Under the pieces are notes generated by a model, which was given only the letters and a program-made list of their open reading frames with translations, was not told the DNA's origin and did not search any database. From contig CAJBYM010000022.1 in the NCBI GenBank assembly GCA_903959815.1, forward strand, positions 1 through 56,043: a stretch of DNA of 56,043 nt. The letters are read 5' to 3'. Both the position numbers and the translations under genes were made by a program. The stretch comes from Candidatus Omnitrophota bacterium (GTDB lineage: Bacteria > Omnitrophota > Gorgyraeia > Zapsychrales > Fredricksoniimonadaceae). Below are positions 8,668 to 17,999 of this stretch, piece by piece. Each line of letters opens with the position of its first letter. The stretch's first letter is position 1.

Positions 8668-11247
8668 CTATTCTCCCGTCTTTTTTAACGCAGGCCTGGT
8701 CAATACAATGGCCGCATGGGCCGTATCAAAATACTTCTGGGCTGCGGCACGCACATCATCGCGCGTCACAGAGCGCAGACGTTCAGGATCCAAATCAACA
8801 TTCTTATAACCCAACCCTAAAAGTTCATCAACAGCCCGAGTCATGGCCTGCGCGCCGAGCGTTTGCATATCACGTGCCGTTTTGCTGATCAAATATGCTT
8901 TGGCATCATCAAGTTCCTTATCACTCACAAGATCGATCCGGATCTTCGAAAATTCTTCTTCCATGATCGAACGAACCTTAGCCACACCTTCATGTGTTGT
9001 CAATGCAAAGAAGTGCACCATTCCCGCATCAACGCCCGGCGTAACCCTGCCGCTAACCGCATAAGACTTGCCCAGCTCTTCACGTATGCGTTTAAACAGG
9101 CGTCCACCCAAAGACGAACTTAAAATATTCACCGCCACATCCAAGGCATAACGATCTTTATCGCCAATCAAAGGCCCCTGGAATCCAAACATCACAACAG
9201 CCTGTTCTTTATCCATGGTCAATTCTTTAACACGAACGGTCCCCGGCCATGATTCAGAAAATGTTTTAAGCTCCGGCTTCCCTGGTTTCAACTTTCCCAA
9301 ACGACGCTCAAGCTCCAAACGGACTTTTACTTTATCTATATCACCGAACACAGCGATAACGCCATTGTCAGGACGAATATAGCGACCAAAAACATCCATG
9401 ATCTTAGCACGTGTAATGCGGCTTAAACTCTCATCTGTACCCAGGCTGTCAAGTCGACATGGATGTGTCAGAAAAAGTGTTTCCACCAAAGCACGCGACG
9501 ACGTATCCAGAACATTGTCCTTGCGGGCCAGAAGTGCGGTGCGCATCTGGTCTTTATCACGTACGATCTCGACATCCGCAAATACAGGCGTTACCATAAA
9601 CTTCTCAAGGTAATCCAACATGAACGCCTGATCCTCAGCCAAAACCGTCATCCCCAGAACAAAACTATTTCTACCCGTATAACTCGACAGCGATGCACCG
9701 CGCGCATCAAATTGACGCTGAATACCATCCGCAGACTCGCCTGCTACACCCTTGACCCACACCGAACCCAAAAGAGACGAAAGGCCATTAAGCTCCTGTG
9801 TCTCCTGTCGCATGCCCCCGTTAAAAACAGCACTCATGGTCACCATGGGCAAAGAATGATCTTCTTTAAGAAGAATCACCAGCCCATTGGAAAGTACAAT
9901 CTTTTCAATGTCGCTCCTGATCACAGATGCTGTCTTAACAGGCACAGTCTCATTTCTTTTAGGTTTTAAAACAACAATGCTAAGTCGCTGATCAACAAGA
10001 TATTGCCGCGCCACACGCTTAATATCGTCGTTGATCACAGCCCTTATCCCATCGAGATAACGTTCCGAAAAGTCAGGGTCGCCTGTTAACGCCTCTTCCA
10101 TGGATGCCTTGTCCGCCATGCCCTCCGCGGTCTGTCGCTCATAAACATTGTCCGCCATGACCTGACGTTTAACTTTGGCCAATTCATCTGGGCGAAGCCC
10201 TCGGGCCTGAATATCCCCGATCATGGTCTTGATCGCAGCAATGACTTTATCCGGATCCTGATCTTTCATAACACATGACACTTCAAAAAAACCACGGTCC
10301 TGCGGCGTCGGATTTGACGCCGAAATAGCCTCCACCAAATGTTTGTTCTTATAAAGTTCCAGATAAAGCCGCGAGCTTTCCCCTGCGCCCAAAGCCATGG
10401 ATAAAACATCCAGCGCATAAAGATCCTTGTCCAACAACGCTACTCCCTGATATGCCAGGCTCATGCGCGTAAGGTCGGTCGGATACACCTTTTCCAATCG
10501 ACGAAGTGAGATCTGCTGAGGCTCCTGAGGAAGATTACGAAGAGGGAACGAACGCGCTTTCACATCCTTAAACTTGTCCTGAACTAATGCCAAAACATCC
10601 TCAGCCTTAAGGCCTCCGGCAATCGAAATGATCATGTTATTAGGCACATACAAACTCTGATGATAGGCAACAAGATCCTCGCGCTTAAGCGCACGAAAAA
10701 CATCTTCGCGGCCAATGATCGGAAATTGATAGGGATGCACATGATACACCGTCTGATAAATCCATTCACCCAACTTGCGTTCAGGCTTATCATTGATCAT
10801 GTTCATTTCTTTAATAATGACCTGGCGCTCTTTCTCCAACTCAGTGGCATCAAAAGACGGATTCATGAGCATGTCGGAAAGAAGATCCAGCGCTTGCGCC
10901 AAATTCTCGCGGGGAACACTTAAAACATAATCGGTATGGTCATAGCCGGTCGAGGCATTGATATACCCACCCATGGCCCTTGCCTGTTCAGGAATAATGC
11001 CGGCGGGACGCTTGACCGTACCTTTAAAGAGCATGTGTTCCACAAAATGTGTGATGCCGCTGGCCATAAATCTGCCTTCATTTGCAGAACCCGTCTTCAC
11101 CCAAAGATCGATCGCCGCCATAGGCGATGATGGCATCTCGTTAACAAGAACCGTCATGCCATTATCCAGCGTATATTTCTGTGTCGCGCCATGAGCCAGC
11201 GGACAAAAAAGAACACAAACAAAAAGAGCAACAAGAATACGTCTCAT
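8668..11247 (-). CDS. Secreted M16 (pitrilysin/insulinase) family zinc peptidase, two tandem M16 units
   Basis: ATG at 11247 is preceded by AAGGAGGA. Signal peptide MRRILVALFVCVLFCPLAHG. Inverted zinc motif HFVEHMLFKG (H-x-x-E-H). The ~860-aa length is consistent with a fused active plus inactive M16 pair. Confidence 0.85.
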   Translation of the reverse strand: MRRILVALFVCVLFCPLAHGATQKYTLDNGMTVLVNEMPSSPMAAIDLWVKTGSANEGRFMASGITHFVEHMLFKGTVKRPAGIIPEQARAMGGYINASTGYDHTDYVLSVPRENLAQALDLLSDMLMNPSFDATELEKERQVIIKEMNMINDKPERKLGEWIYQTVYHVHPYQFPIIGREDVFRALKREDLVAYHQSLYVPNNMIISIAGGLKAEDVLALVQDKFKDVKARSFPLRNLPQEPQQISLRRLEKVYPTDLTRMSLAYQGVALLDKDLYALDVLSMALGAGESSRLYLELYKNKHLVEAISASNPTPQDRGFFEVSCVMKDQDPDKVIAAIKTMIGDIQARGLRPDELAKVKRQVMADNVYERQTAEGMADKASMEEALTGDPDFSERYLDGIRAVINDDIKRVARQYLVDQRLSIVVLKPKRNETVPVKTASVIRSDIEKIVLSNGLVILLKEDHSLPMVTMSAVFNGGMRQETQELNGLSSLLGSVWVKGVAGESADGIQRQFDARGASLSSYTGRNSFVLGMTVLAEDQAFMLDYLEKFMVTPVFADVEIVRDKDQMRTALLARKDNVLDTSSRALVETLFLTHPCRLDSLGTDESLSRITRAKIMDVFGRYIRPDNGVIAVFGDIDKVKVRLELERRLGKLKPGKPELKTFSESWPGTVRVKELTMDKEQAVVMFGFQGPLIGDKDRYALDVAVNILSSSLGGRLFKRIREELGKSYAVSGRVTPGVDAGMVHFFALTTHEGVAKVRSIMEEEFSKIRIDLVSDKELDDAKAYLISKTARDMQTLGAQAMTRAVDELLGLGYKNVDLDPERLRSVTRDDVRAAAQKYFDTAHAAIVLTRPALKKTGE

Positions 11248-11261
11248 GCATCCTCCTTGTA

Positions 11262-11792
11262 TCATAACGAACGGCGCAAATCATCCATCAAACGCTTAAT
11301 GTCTACTTGAGTATTACGTGCGATCTGTGAACAAATAAAAATAAGAACGGAAAATTGCCAAACTTCTTCATGCCCGGCTACAAGACCACAACTCACATCT
11401 TCCTGACGCTCCAGCTGATTGGCAAAATGTGCAATCGCCCGCGACATTTCACCTTCAAACACATCCAATGAACTTGTTTTATTATTGTAGGTCAGCGAAG
11501 GAACGCTGATACCTCTCACCAGAAGATAATTGATCACCGAACTCTGATCAGCCCCCTGTTCCTGCTCAAACTCGAAACCTTCAAAACGCGGAATGTTGGG
11601 CGGCAGGATAAGAGAGGGCCTCTGAACCACAACCTCCCCCTTACGCACGACCGTATCTCCGTCGTTAATGAGCGATGGGGACAAGAACATATACGGCACA
11701 CGGGTATCATCAAAGGTATGCAAGGATGAAACACGCGAGCGGATAATATTTGTTTCTTTAAGCGCCCGTTCCCAGGCTTGTTGAAAATCCAT
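11262..11792 (-). CDS. Hypothetical protein (176 aa), ATGA-overlapped with the extended frame of the M16 peptidase ORF
   Basis: ATG at 11792 with an AGAGGGG SD. No motif recognised. Its stop lies 15 nt upstream of the preferred peptidase start. Confidence 0.55.
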   Translation of the reverse strand: MDFQQAWERALKETNIIRSRVSSLHTFDDTRVPYMFLSPSLINDGDTVVRKGEVVVQRPSLILPPNIPRFEGFEFEQEQGADQSSVINYLLVRGISVPSLTYNNKTSSLDVFEGEMSRAIAHFANQLERQEDVSCGLVAGHEEVWQFSVLIFICSQIARNTQVDIKRLMDDLRRSL

Positions 11793-11892
11793 GACCCCTC
11801 TTATACCATAATAAGAAACTTTTATTCCGATTTTTTTCTTTTATGTTATCATATTGGACAAATTTTAGTTCCATTCTATTAAAGGGGTTCTT

Positions 11893-12900
11893 ATGAATAA
11901 TACTTCTCATTTCTCCAAAAATACGATCATCCTGGCATGCGCGGCCCTGCTTTGCATACCCGCTTCATTAGCACAGGCCCAATTCATGGACAAAGCAACC
12001 CGTGAGGCCAAACGTGAGCAGGACGTCAAAGTCCTGCAAGAACGCTTCAACTGGTGGCCAACGGATGCCAAACCTGCCCCGGTCAAAGATGAGCGTGGCG
12101 GATATTGGTGGTGGCCACAGGCACCTGGTTCTGTTCAAGAAAATTGGGGCAACCGCGGCTACATCTATGTGCTTAAGGTGATCTACGATTACAAGGCCAA
12201 CGATGAACAGAATAATCAGGACATCACCCCTGCGGTAAAAGAAGAACCGAAAGCTCCCAAAGCGTCATTGCTGATCAAAAAGATCCTCAGGAATGTGAAG
12301 ATTTACTTTGATTACAATAAAGCTGACCTGCGCGAAGACCACACGCCCATCCTGGTGAAAGCTGTAAAGACCCTCGAGAAGAACCCTGACGCGTCGATCC
12401 TCATCACGGGCAATTGCGATGCCCGCGGCTCAGATGAATACAATATGAAACTCGGCGCCAAGCGCAGTGCTGTTGTTAAAAACTACATGCTCGATAATGG
12501 CATCACCGAAGATCGTATCAAGATCGTTTCTCGCGGCAAACTTGATGCTGTGGCCCCGGTCAAGGATGTCATGGGTATGCAAAAAGACCGCAATGCCCAG
12601 TTCATGGTCGCTGAAGTTGAAGAATTCAATGTGCCGGCAGATCAGATCCCGCAGGATGAAAGCGTCCAGAAAACAGATGATGGGAAATATGTTGTTGAAG
12701 AAAAAGAAAATGTTGAATCTGCCCCCAAGGCATCAACCCGCGAATACACCATCCAGCCGAATGATTCTCTGTGGAAGATCGCCCAGACTGAAATGGGTAA
12801 CGGGAATCGCTGGAAATATCTTTACGAGCTCAACAAGGATCGGATCAAAAATCCTAACAAGTTAAGAAAAGGCACGGTCATTATAATTCCCGTCGAATAA
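11893..12900 (+). CDS. OmpA-like peptidoglycan-binding protein with C-terminal LysM domain
   Basis: Signal peptide IILACAALLCIPASLAQA. OmpA_C-like segment VKIYFDYNKADL...ILITGNCDARGSDEYNMKLGAKRSAVVKNYM...RIKIVSRG. LysM segment YTIQPNDSLWKIAQTEMGNGNRWKYLYELNKDRI...GTVIIIP. This is the only clear plus-strand gene in the window. Confidence 0.8.
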   Translation: MNNTSHFSKNTIILACAALLCIPASLAQAQFMDKATREAKREQDVKVLQERFNWWPTDAKPAPVKDERGGYWWWPQAPGSVQENWGNRGYIYVLKVIYDYKANDEQNNQDITPAVKEEPKAPKASLLIKKILRNVKIYFDYNKADLREDHTPILVKAVKTLEKNPDASILITGNCDARGSDEYNMKLGAKRSAVVKNYMLDNGITEDRIKIVSRGKLDAVAPVKDVMGMQKDRNAQFMVAEVEEFNVPADQIPQDESVQKTDDGKYVVEEKENVESAPKASTREYTIQPNDSLWKIAQTEMGNGNRWKYLYELNKDRIKNPNKLRKGTVIIIPVE

Positions 12901-12916
12901 AAAATCTTTCTCCATT

Positions 12917-12946
12917 AAAAAAGGGAGCCGATCGGCTCCCTTTTTT
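12917..12946. terminator. Bidirectional intrinsic terminator between convergent genes
   Basis: A6, then perfect palindromic stem GGGAGCCGATCGGCTCCC (12923-12940), then T6. It lies between the stops at 12900 (+) and 12968 (-). Confidence 0.8.
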
Positions 12947-12967
12947 ATTTCATAAGAACAATACCCG

Positions 12968-15766
12968 TCAATTCATGGCCGCTTCCTGCAAGAACGGCAA
13001 ACCTTCGAGCGACATGACAGAAATGATCTCGGGTGAAAATCCTTCTACGGCCTCAGGCGACATCTTCATGCCTTGCAAACCAAACTCTTGCCGTTGCCCC
13101 TTAAGGTCAAATGCACCATTAACATTCCGAACATCAATACCTCCTGTGATCTCAGACTTGTCGAATTCCCTCAAAACCTTAAGAACCAAACCCGTCGGCA
13201 ACTGATTCGCCGCTTGAACAATATCGCACATATAAATATAAGGTATCAAATATTTGTTCAAAGGTGAATTCTTGTCCCCGCCTTTATAATATTTGTGCTC
13301 CCAGTCATGCAAAAAAGCCTCGGTGGACTTAAACTGAACCTCTATGGTCCAAGCCCCATGGCCCAACATAAAAATAACATGCACGCCGTTATACCATTTA
13401 GGAGTTGATGTCTTTTTCTTTCTTTCCAAACTATAATAATTGATAACCCTGGCAACAATAGGCGCGTTGTTCTTAAAATTCTTTTTAATATCCTCGATTC
13501 GGGCCAAATCTCTTTGCAGTCGACCCTTTTCTTCCTGTTCTTCATCCGATAAACTTTCTCCAACAAGTCGTGCCAACTTCTTATTGATCTTTTGTTCAGC
13601 CGCTTGAAAATCACTCCAAAACTGCTTCAAAAATATGACCTGCTTCTTGGGATCAAGAAGGTCCTGCAATGACTTGAATAAATCCCTGGGATTATCATAA
13701 ATAAAACGCAGACCCAAGTAATCATAACCTTCCCTAGGATCAGGTGCCGGCTTTCCACTCCGCTGTGTATTAGAAAACTTCGCATTTAAACTCTCGGCAC
13801 CTTTGGGCCGACCCGCAATGATCTGCGGCTTTGTCCCCATAAGATCCTTCAAGCTTCTTGAAAAGTCATCGGATTTCTTTTGAAAAAGAACCTTGGATTC
13901 TTTGGCTATATTTATAGTCCATTGTTTCAACGAAACATTCGTAGGCACAATAAACTGCCCATCATTAGAGCGGCTATCGTTAATAATACCTGTATCATCC
14001 ATTTCATTGATCTGAGGAAATTTATTCAAATACTCAATTTCTTTCATTAACCGCAGAAAAAGCTCCTTATACTCTGCATCTGTCTTAAATTTCTTGACAA
14101 CAGAAGCCATTCTCGGGATCAACTCCGGATGAAGTTTTAGAATATACTCCCCCAGGATCTCTTGATAAGGAACGTCTTCATCTTTCGTACGCGACATCAT
14201 GGCCAAACCCCGCAAAATATCAAAGGTTTCCTGCGTGCGCGTACCACTCAGGATCTGTTTCTTTAATGCCGATTCTTCTTCGGGCTCATCCATAACATCA
14301 CCTGATGTTTCTGGACGCTTATCCAAAATATCTGCCAATGCTTTAACTAGGAGCTGCTTATGTTCTTCCCCATCCAAATAAAGGTCAAAAGCACCCTTAA
14401 CCTCCTTGACCATTCTTTCCTTATTGGCCTGAAGCAACGACCACTCACGGGATCCATAACTAAACTTTTTCTCCTCATCCTCAAAAATAATAAACGCAAG
14501 TTCCTTGATACTTTCCATCATCAATGCCATTCTTTCTTTACCTGGAAAATTATCACGTTTTATATCCGCAACAAACTCTGAAGGTGGTGCAAACTTATTC
14601 ACCTGCGGGTCAGGACCTCGCAAATCACCTTTTAGCTCAACATATTTCTTCTTCTTTCGCCCCTGCTTTTCTGAAGCATCCATAGAAGAACGCACCTTGA
14701 ACGTCTTCTCGGAGAAATCTTTGCCTATGCCGGTCGTAAACCCACCGGAAAGATATTTGCGCGGGATCGTCTCGCCGCTATAACGGTCAACTTCTTCTTT
14801 AATATAATTAAAAACCCCTTGGCGAAAGGCCTGAACATACTGATTGTAGATGCGCTGATTCTCAGCCACATCAGCCTGCTCTATACCTTTGACCTTACCC
14901 TGATCAACATAAGCCTTACCCAAAAAAGTCTCATGCATCGCCTTTTTATACCAAGTCGCAAGAATAAGCGCATTGTAAATCTGACGCAAGCGAGCGAAAT
15001 TCTTACCCTGATTCACTTCTTTCTCAAGAGCAGGAATGATGATCTGTCGCATCATGGACTTCGTTAATTCTTGCGTAGGGGCCGACCTTGTGTCGGCCCG
15101 TTCATGAGCTACAACATTATTGTCCATCGCGAGATAATCTGATTCCAGCATGACCTTCAGATGCGCTTTTAGGACCATGGCGCTCGTACCCTGCTGATAT
15201 ACCTCGGCAACATCAGGCATGATCCAGACTTTATTGAATGTATCCACCGGAATATCTGTAGTACCAAATTGATCCTGCGCCTGACGATAAACTTCTGCCC
15301 AGAAATCCTTACCAATCCCCTCTTCAGGATAAATGAGCGATGCCGTGATCTGTTTGAGCATATAATCCTGCGCCAAAAGATCACGCCCCATTTCCGTCAA
15401 GCCGAAACGATCATCAATGATGCGGTCTTTTTCATACGGAGAAAGGTTAACCCACAGCTGGTCTTCAGGAATCGTGAGAGAAACCATAAAATCTTTAACG
15501 AGCAGTAAATATTCATCTTTCCGGGCATCTCCTTGCGGCATCTGCCCCGGATCGACAAAAAACTGGAACTGCAAAGGATTTTCAGGATCAACGGTCAAGG
15601 CACTTAAGAGAGCTGGTTCAAAAGATGCGCTTAAAGCAACTTTATCTCCAGCAGGAGGCAGAAGAACAGCCTGGGCATGAACATACGCAGACGGAAAAGC
15701 TAATGCCAAAGCAAGGGCTCCGGCAATGAACCGCTTTAATATATTATTGTAAATACTGCAAATCAT
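12968..15766 (-). CDS. 932-aa signal-peptide protein: conserved N-terminal module, RelA/SpoT-type synthetase-like domain, conserved C-terminal module (paralogue of the 3,175-aa ORF)
   Basis: ATG at 15766. Signal peptide FIAGALALALAFPSAYVHA. Residues 32-345 align with the N-terminus of ORF 36406-45933. Residues ~645-830 carry GRPKGAESLNAK, DYLGLRFIY, WYNGVHVIF and IEVQFKSTEAFLHDWEHKYYKG in the RSH synthetase motif order. The last ~60 aa, GGIDVRNVNGAFDLKG...GFSPEIISVMSLEGLPFL, are shared with the giant ORF. Confidence 0.8.
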   Translation of the reverse strand: MICSIYNNILKRFIAGALALALAFPSAYVHAQAVLLPPAGDKVALSASFEPALLSALTVDPENPLQFQFFVDPGQMPQGDARKDEYLLLVKDFMVSLTIPEDQLWVNLSPYEKDRIIDDRFGLTEMGRDLLAQDYMLKQITASLIYPEEGIGKDFWAEVYRQAQDQFGTTDIPVDTFNKVWIMPDVAEVYQQGTSAMVLKAHLKVMLESDYLAMDNNVVAHERADTRSAPTQELTKSMMRQIIIPALEKEVNQGKNFARLRQIYNALILATWYKKAMHETFLGKAYVDQGKVKGIEQADVAENQRIYNQYVQAFRQGVFNYIKEEVDRYSGETIPRKYLSGGFTTGIGKDFSEKTFKVRSSMDASEKQGRKKKKYVELKGDLRGPDPQVNKFAPPSEFVADIKRDNFPGKERMALMMESIKELAFIIFEDEEKKFSYGSREWSLLQANKERMVKEVKGAFDLYLDGEEHKQLLVKALADILDKRPETSGDVMDEPEEESALKKQILSGTRTQETFDILRGLAMMSRTKDEDVPYQEILGEYILKLHPELIPRMASVVKKFKTDAEYKELFLRLMKEIEYLNKFPQINEMDDTGIINDSRSNDGQFIVPTNVSLKQWTINIAKESKVLFQKKSDDFSRSLKDLMGTKPQIIAGRPKGAESLNAKFSNTQRSGKPAPDPREGYDYLGLRFIYDNPRDLFKSLQDLLDPKKQVIFLKQFWSDFQAAEQKINKKLARLVGESLSDEEQEEKGRLQRDLARIEDIKKNFKNNAPIVARVINYYSLERKKKTSTPKWYNGVHVIFMLGHGAWTIEVQFKSTEAFLHDWEHKYYKGGDKNSPLNKYLIPYIYMCDIVQAANQLPTGLVLKVLREFDKSEITGGIDVRNVNGAFDLKGQRQEFGLQGMKMSPEAVEGFSPEIISVMSLEGLPFLQEAAMN

Positions 15767-15862
15767 ACGCCGCCTTATTTGTTTCTATAACAAATATACT
15801 TACCACCTGTTAAAAGTTTACACTATATATTCTTATATAACAACTGGTTGAAAGAAATATGC

Positions 15863-17032
15863 TCAGGCCTTAAGCGCATAAATATGACCTGGTTTCTGAA
15901 CAATTTTACCCCGAAGTTCCAGGGCCAAAAGGGATGCCATGAGCATGGTCGGGCCAAGCCCTGTGAGAGCCTCGAGATCTTCATACGTTTCATGGCCATC
16001 TTTGATCAGATCAAAAACCCTGCGCTCATCCCCTGAAATGCCCCGCACTCGCACTTCCTCTTGTTTCGGATGATCATCGGAAACCGGCCTGATCACCTCC
16101 AATGGCAATTCCTCCAAAATATCTTCAATACAAACGACAGCCTTAGCCCCCTGCTTGATCAGCGCATGCGGCCCACCCGACATATCATTATCAATGCGCC
16201 CGGGAACAGCAAATACTTCACGACCCTGTTCAAGGGCAAAACCGGCTGTGATCAAGGCCCCGCTTTTAATATTCGCTTCAACGACCACAATACCCAAAGC
16301 AAGCCCGCTGACGATCCGGTTACGTCGCGGAAAGTTGACAGGTAAAGGCGGATACCCAAATGGAAATTCCGAAATGAGACATCCTTTTCGCCTGATCTCG
16401 TTATAAAGTTCACGATTCTCCGGTGGGTAAATGACATCCAATCCGCAGCCCAAGACAGCCATCGTATCGCCGCCAGCACGTAAAGCCCCCTTGTGCGCGG
16501 CTGCATCCACACCACGCGCCAATCCTGAAATGATCGGAATACCCAGCTCAGCGAGTTCAACAGCAAAACGTTCTGCAATATGAAGACCGTAAAGAGATGC
16601 TCGACGAGCACCGACAATACCGACCGCACAATCTAAACGCTTGGGAAATGTTCCGGATACATAAAGTACGGCAGGCGGATCGGGAATATTGTGCAAACCC
16701 GCAGGATATTCATCATCAAGGAACGTCACGACGCGCGCGCCAAACTTCTCACACGCCGCATGATCCATCTTTAAGAAATCTTCACTAGAAAAACTCTGGA
16801 GATTAATACGCGAGGCTTGGGGCAAACCTTTCACATCAAGAAGCGCATCAACGGGTGCACGCAAAGCTTCAGCGGCAGACCCAAAACGTTCAATGAGTCG
16901 ACGGATACGCTTGATACCAAAACCATTGATCGCATTAAGAATTAAAAGGGCATCACGCTCGGTGTACTTGAAGGATGTGAAGGATCTCATGGGCCACCTT
17001 GCCAATGTTGTCTTCATTTGAATCGACAACAT
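15863..17032 (-). CDS. dprA: DNA-processing protein DprA (Smf)
   Basis: SGLARGVDAAAHKGAL, MAVLGCGLDVIYPPEN, ISEFPFGYPP, NFPRRNRIVSGL, VVVEANIKSGALITA, EQGREVFAVPG. The start is uncertain (ATGs at 17032, 17017 and 16990) and it overlaps the aroK 3' end. Confidence 0.85.
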   Translation of the reverse strand: MLSIQMKTTLARWPMRSFTSFKYTERDALLILNAINGFGIKRIRRLIERFGSAAEALRAPVDALLDVKGLPQASRINLQSFSSEDFLKMDHAACEKFGARVVTFLDDEYPAGLHNIPDPPAVLYVSGTFPKRLDCAVGIVGARRASLYGLHIAERFAVELAELGIPIISGLARGVDAAAHKGALRAGGDTMAVLGCGLDVIYPPENRELYNEIRRKGCLISEFPFGYPPLPVNFPRRNRIVSGLALGIVVVEANIKSGALITAGFALEQGREVFAVPGRIDNDMSGGPHALIKQGAKAVVCIEDILEELPLEVIRPVSDDHPKQEEVRVRGISGDERRVFDLIKDGHETYEDLEALTGLGPTMLMASLLALELRGKIVQKPGHIYALKA

Positions 17033-17489
17033 AATTGGCCTTGCGGTAATGGGGGTCGCGCTTGGCTAAAAGTTCCTTGATCTTCTTCAGCGGATCTTTG
17101 ACGTTAAGAAGCGGCCTGTCGGTCCTTCCCTTCGTCCGGCGGTGGATGGCTTCGGGGGAAGCTTCCAGATAAAAACTGATGCCCGTGGCATTCAAGGCAT
17201 TAAAATTCTCTTCATCGGCAGCAACACCTCCGCCGCAATCGATCACAAGACCTGTGCGCTGGGCACACTCTTTAACGACTTCACGCTCAAGCTGACGAAA
17301 ATACGGTTCACCAGAAACAAGAAAAATCTGCGAGATCGAACGTCCCTCACGCTCTTCAATGCGTTCATCGGTCGAGACACGCATAAGCCCCAGACGCTTG
17401 GCTAATTCGCGTGACGTATATGTCTTGCCACAGGCCATAAACCCAACAAGAATAATGTTTTTGTCTTTCAAATGCGCGGGCAAATGCAT
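16953..17489 (-). CDS. aroK: Shikimate kinase
   Basis: Walker A ILVGFMACGKTYTSRELAKRLG. ATG at 17489 with a GGAGAT SD; the track start at 17504 is TTG. Confidence 0.85.
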   Translation of the reverse strand: MHLPAHLKDKNIILVGFMACGKTYTSRELAKRLGLMRVSTDERIEEREGRSISQIFLVSGEPYFRQLEREVVKECAQRTGLVIDCGGGVAADEENFNALNATGISFYLEASPEAIHRRTKGRTDRPLLNVKDPLKKIKELLAKRDPHYRKANYVVDSNEDNIGKVAHEILHILQVHRA

Positions 17490-17560
17490 CGTTCTTATCT
17501 CCAAGTTTCTATGACACTAACACATGTTTGATGAATTGTCAAAATTTATTGATTTCTGGA

Positions 17561-17740
17561 TCAAACCGCTTTCTTGATCTCAGCTTTTAAGTTTTTAAAA
17601 AAACTCTGGGCAGGCGTTAATTTTGATTGAGGGCCAACAGATTTCCCGCCTTTGACAGAAGAACGAACCGCCAGAACATTAACACCCGTTTCTTTACCCT
17701 GCTTTTTATGCCAGAGCTGGACATGCTCTTTTTTTGTCAT
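17561..17740 (-). CDS. Small basic hypothetical protein (59 aa)
   Basis: The ATG at 17740 overlaps the TGA of the upstream Cys-rich gene (ATGA), which suggests translational coupling. Sequence: MTKKEHVQLWHKKQGKETGVNVLAVRSSVKGGKSV... No motif recognised. Confidence 0.4.
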   Translation of the reverse strand: MTKKEHVQLWHKKQGKETGVNVLAVRSSVKGGKSVGPQSKLTPAQSFFKNLKAEIKKAV

Positions 17741-17928
17741 GCCTTCCTGTCCCGGCAAAAATTCGCACAGCTTCTATCGTACGTCTTCTCGCCTTCCGTC
17801 GTAAAGAAACAGCCGGGAATGGCGCCTTTATTGCGGTGATAACGAACACACTCGCAACAGATGCCCTTTTTCGCACAATCATAAGTACATGTGCAATCCT
17901 TCAGGTTCTTTTCTTTAAGGCATTCCAT
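17737..17928 (-). CDS. Small cysteine-rich protein (63 aa)
   Basis: ATG at 17928 with a GGAGGAGGA SD. MECLKEKNLKDCTCTYDCAKKGICCECVRYHRNKGAIPGCFF has about 10 Cys. From memory it resembles the family annotated as DUF6485; this is unverified. Confidence 0.6.
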   Translation of the reverse strand: MECLKEKNLKDCTCTYDCAKKGICCECVRYHRNKGAIPGCFFTTEGEKTYDRSCANFCRDRKA

Positions 17929-17944
17929 CTTGATCCTCCTCCAA

Positions 17945-17985
17945 AAGAAAACCCCGCACCTCAACAAGAAATGCGGGGTTTTTAA
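17945..17985 (-). terminator. Intrinsic terminator after fba
   Basis: Stem ACCCCGCA/TGCGGGGT (17951-17958 / 17972-17979). On the minus strand it is followed by TTTTCTTTTGG. Confidence 0.6.
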
Positions 17986-17999
17986 TTACATACGAACCT

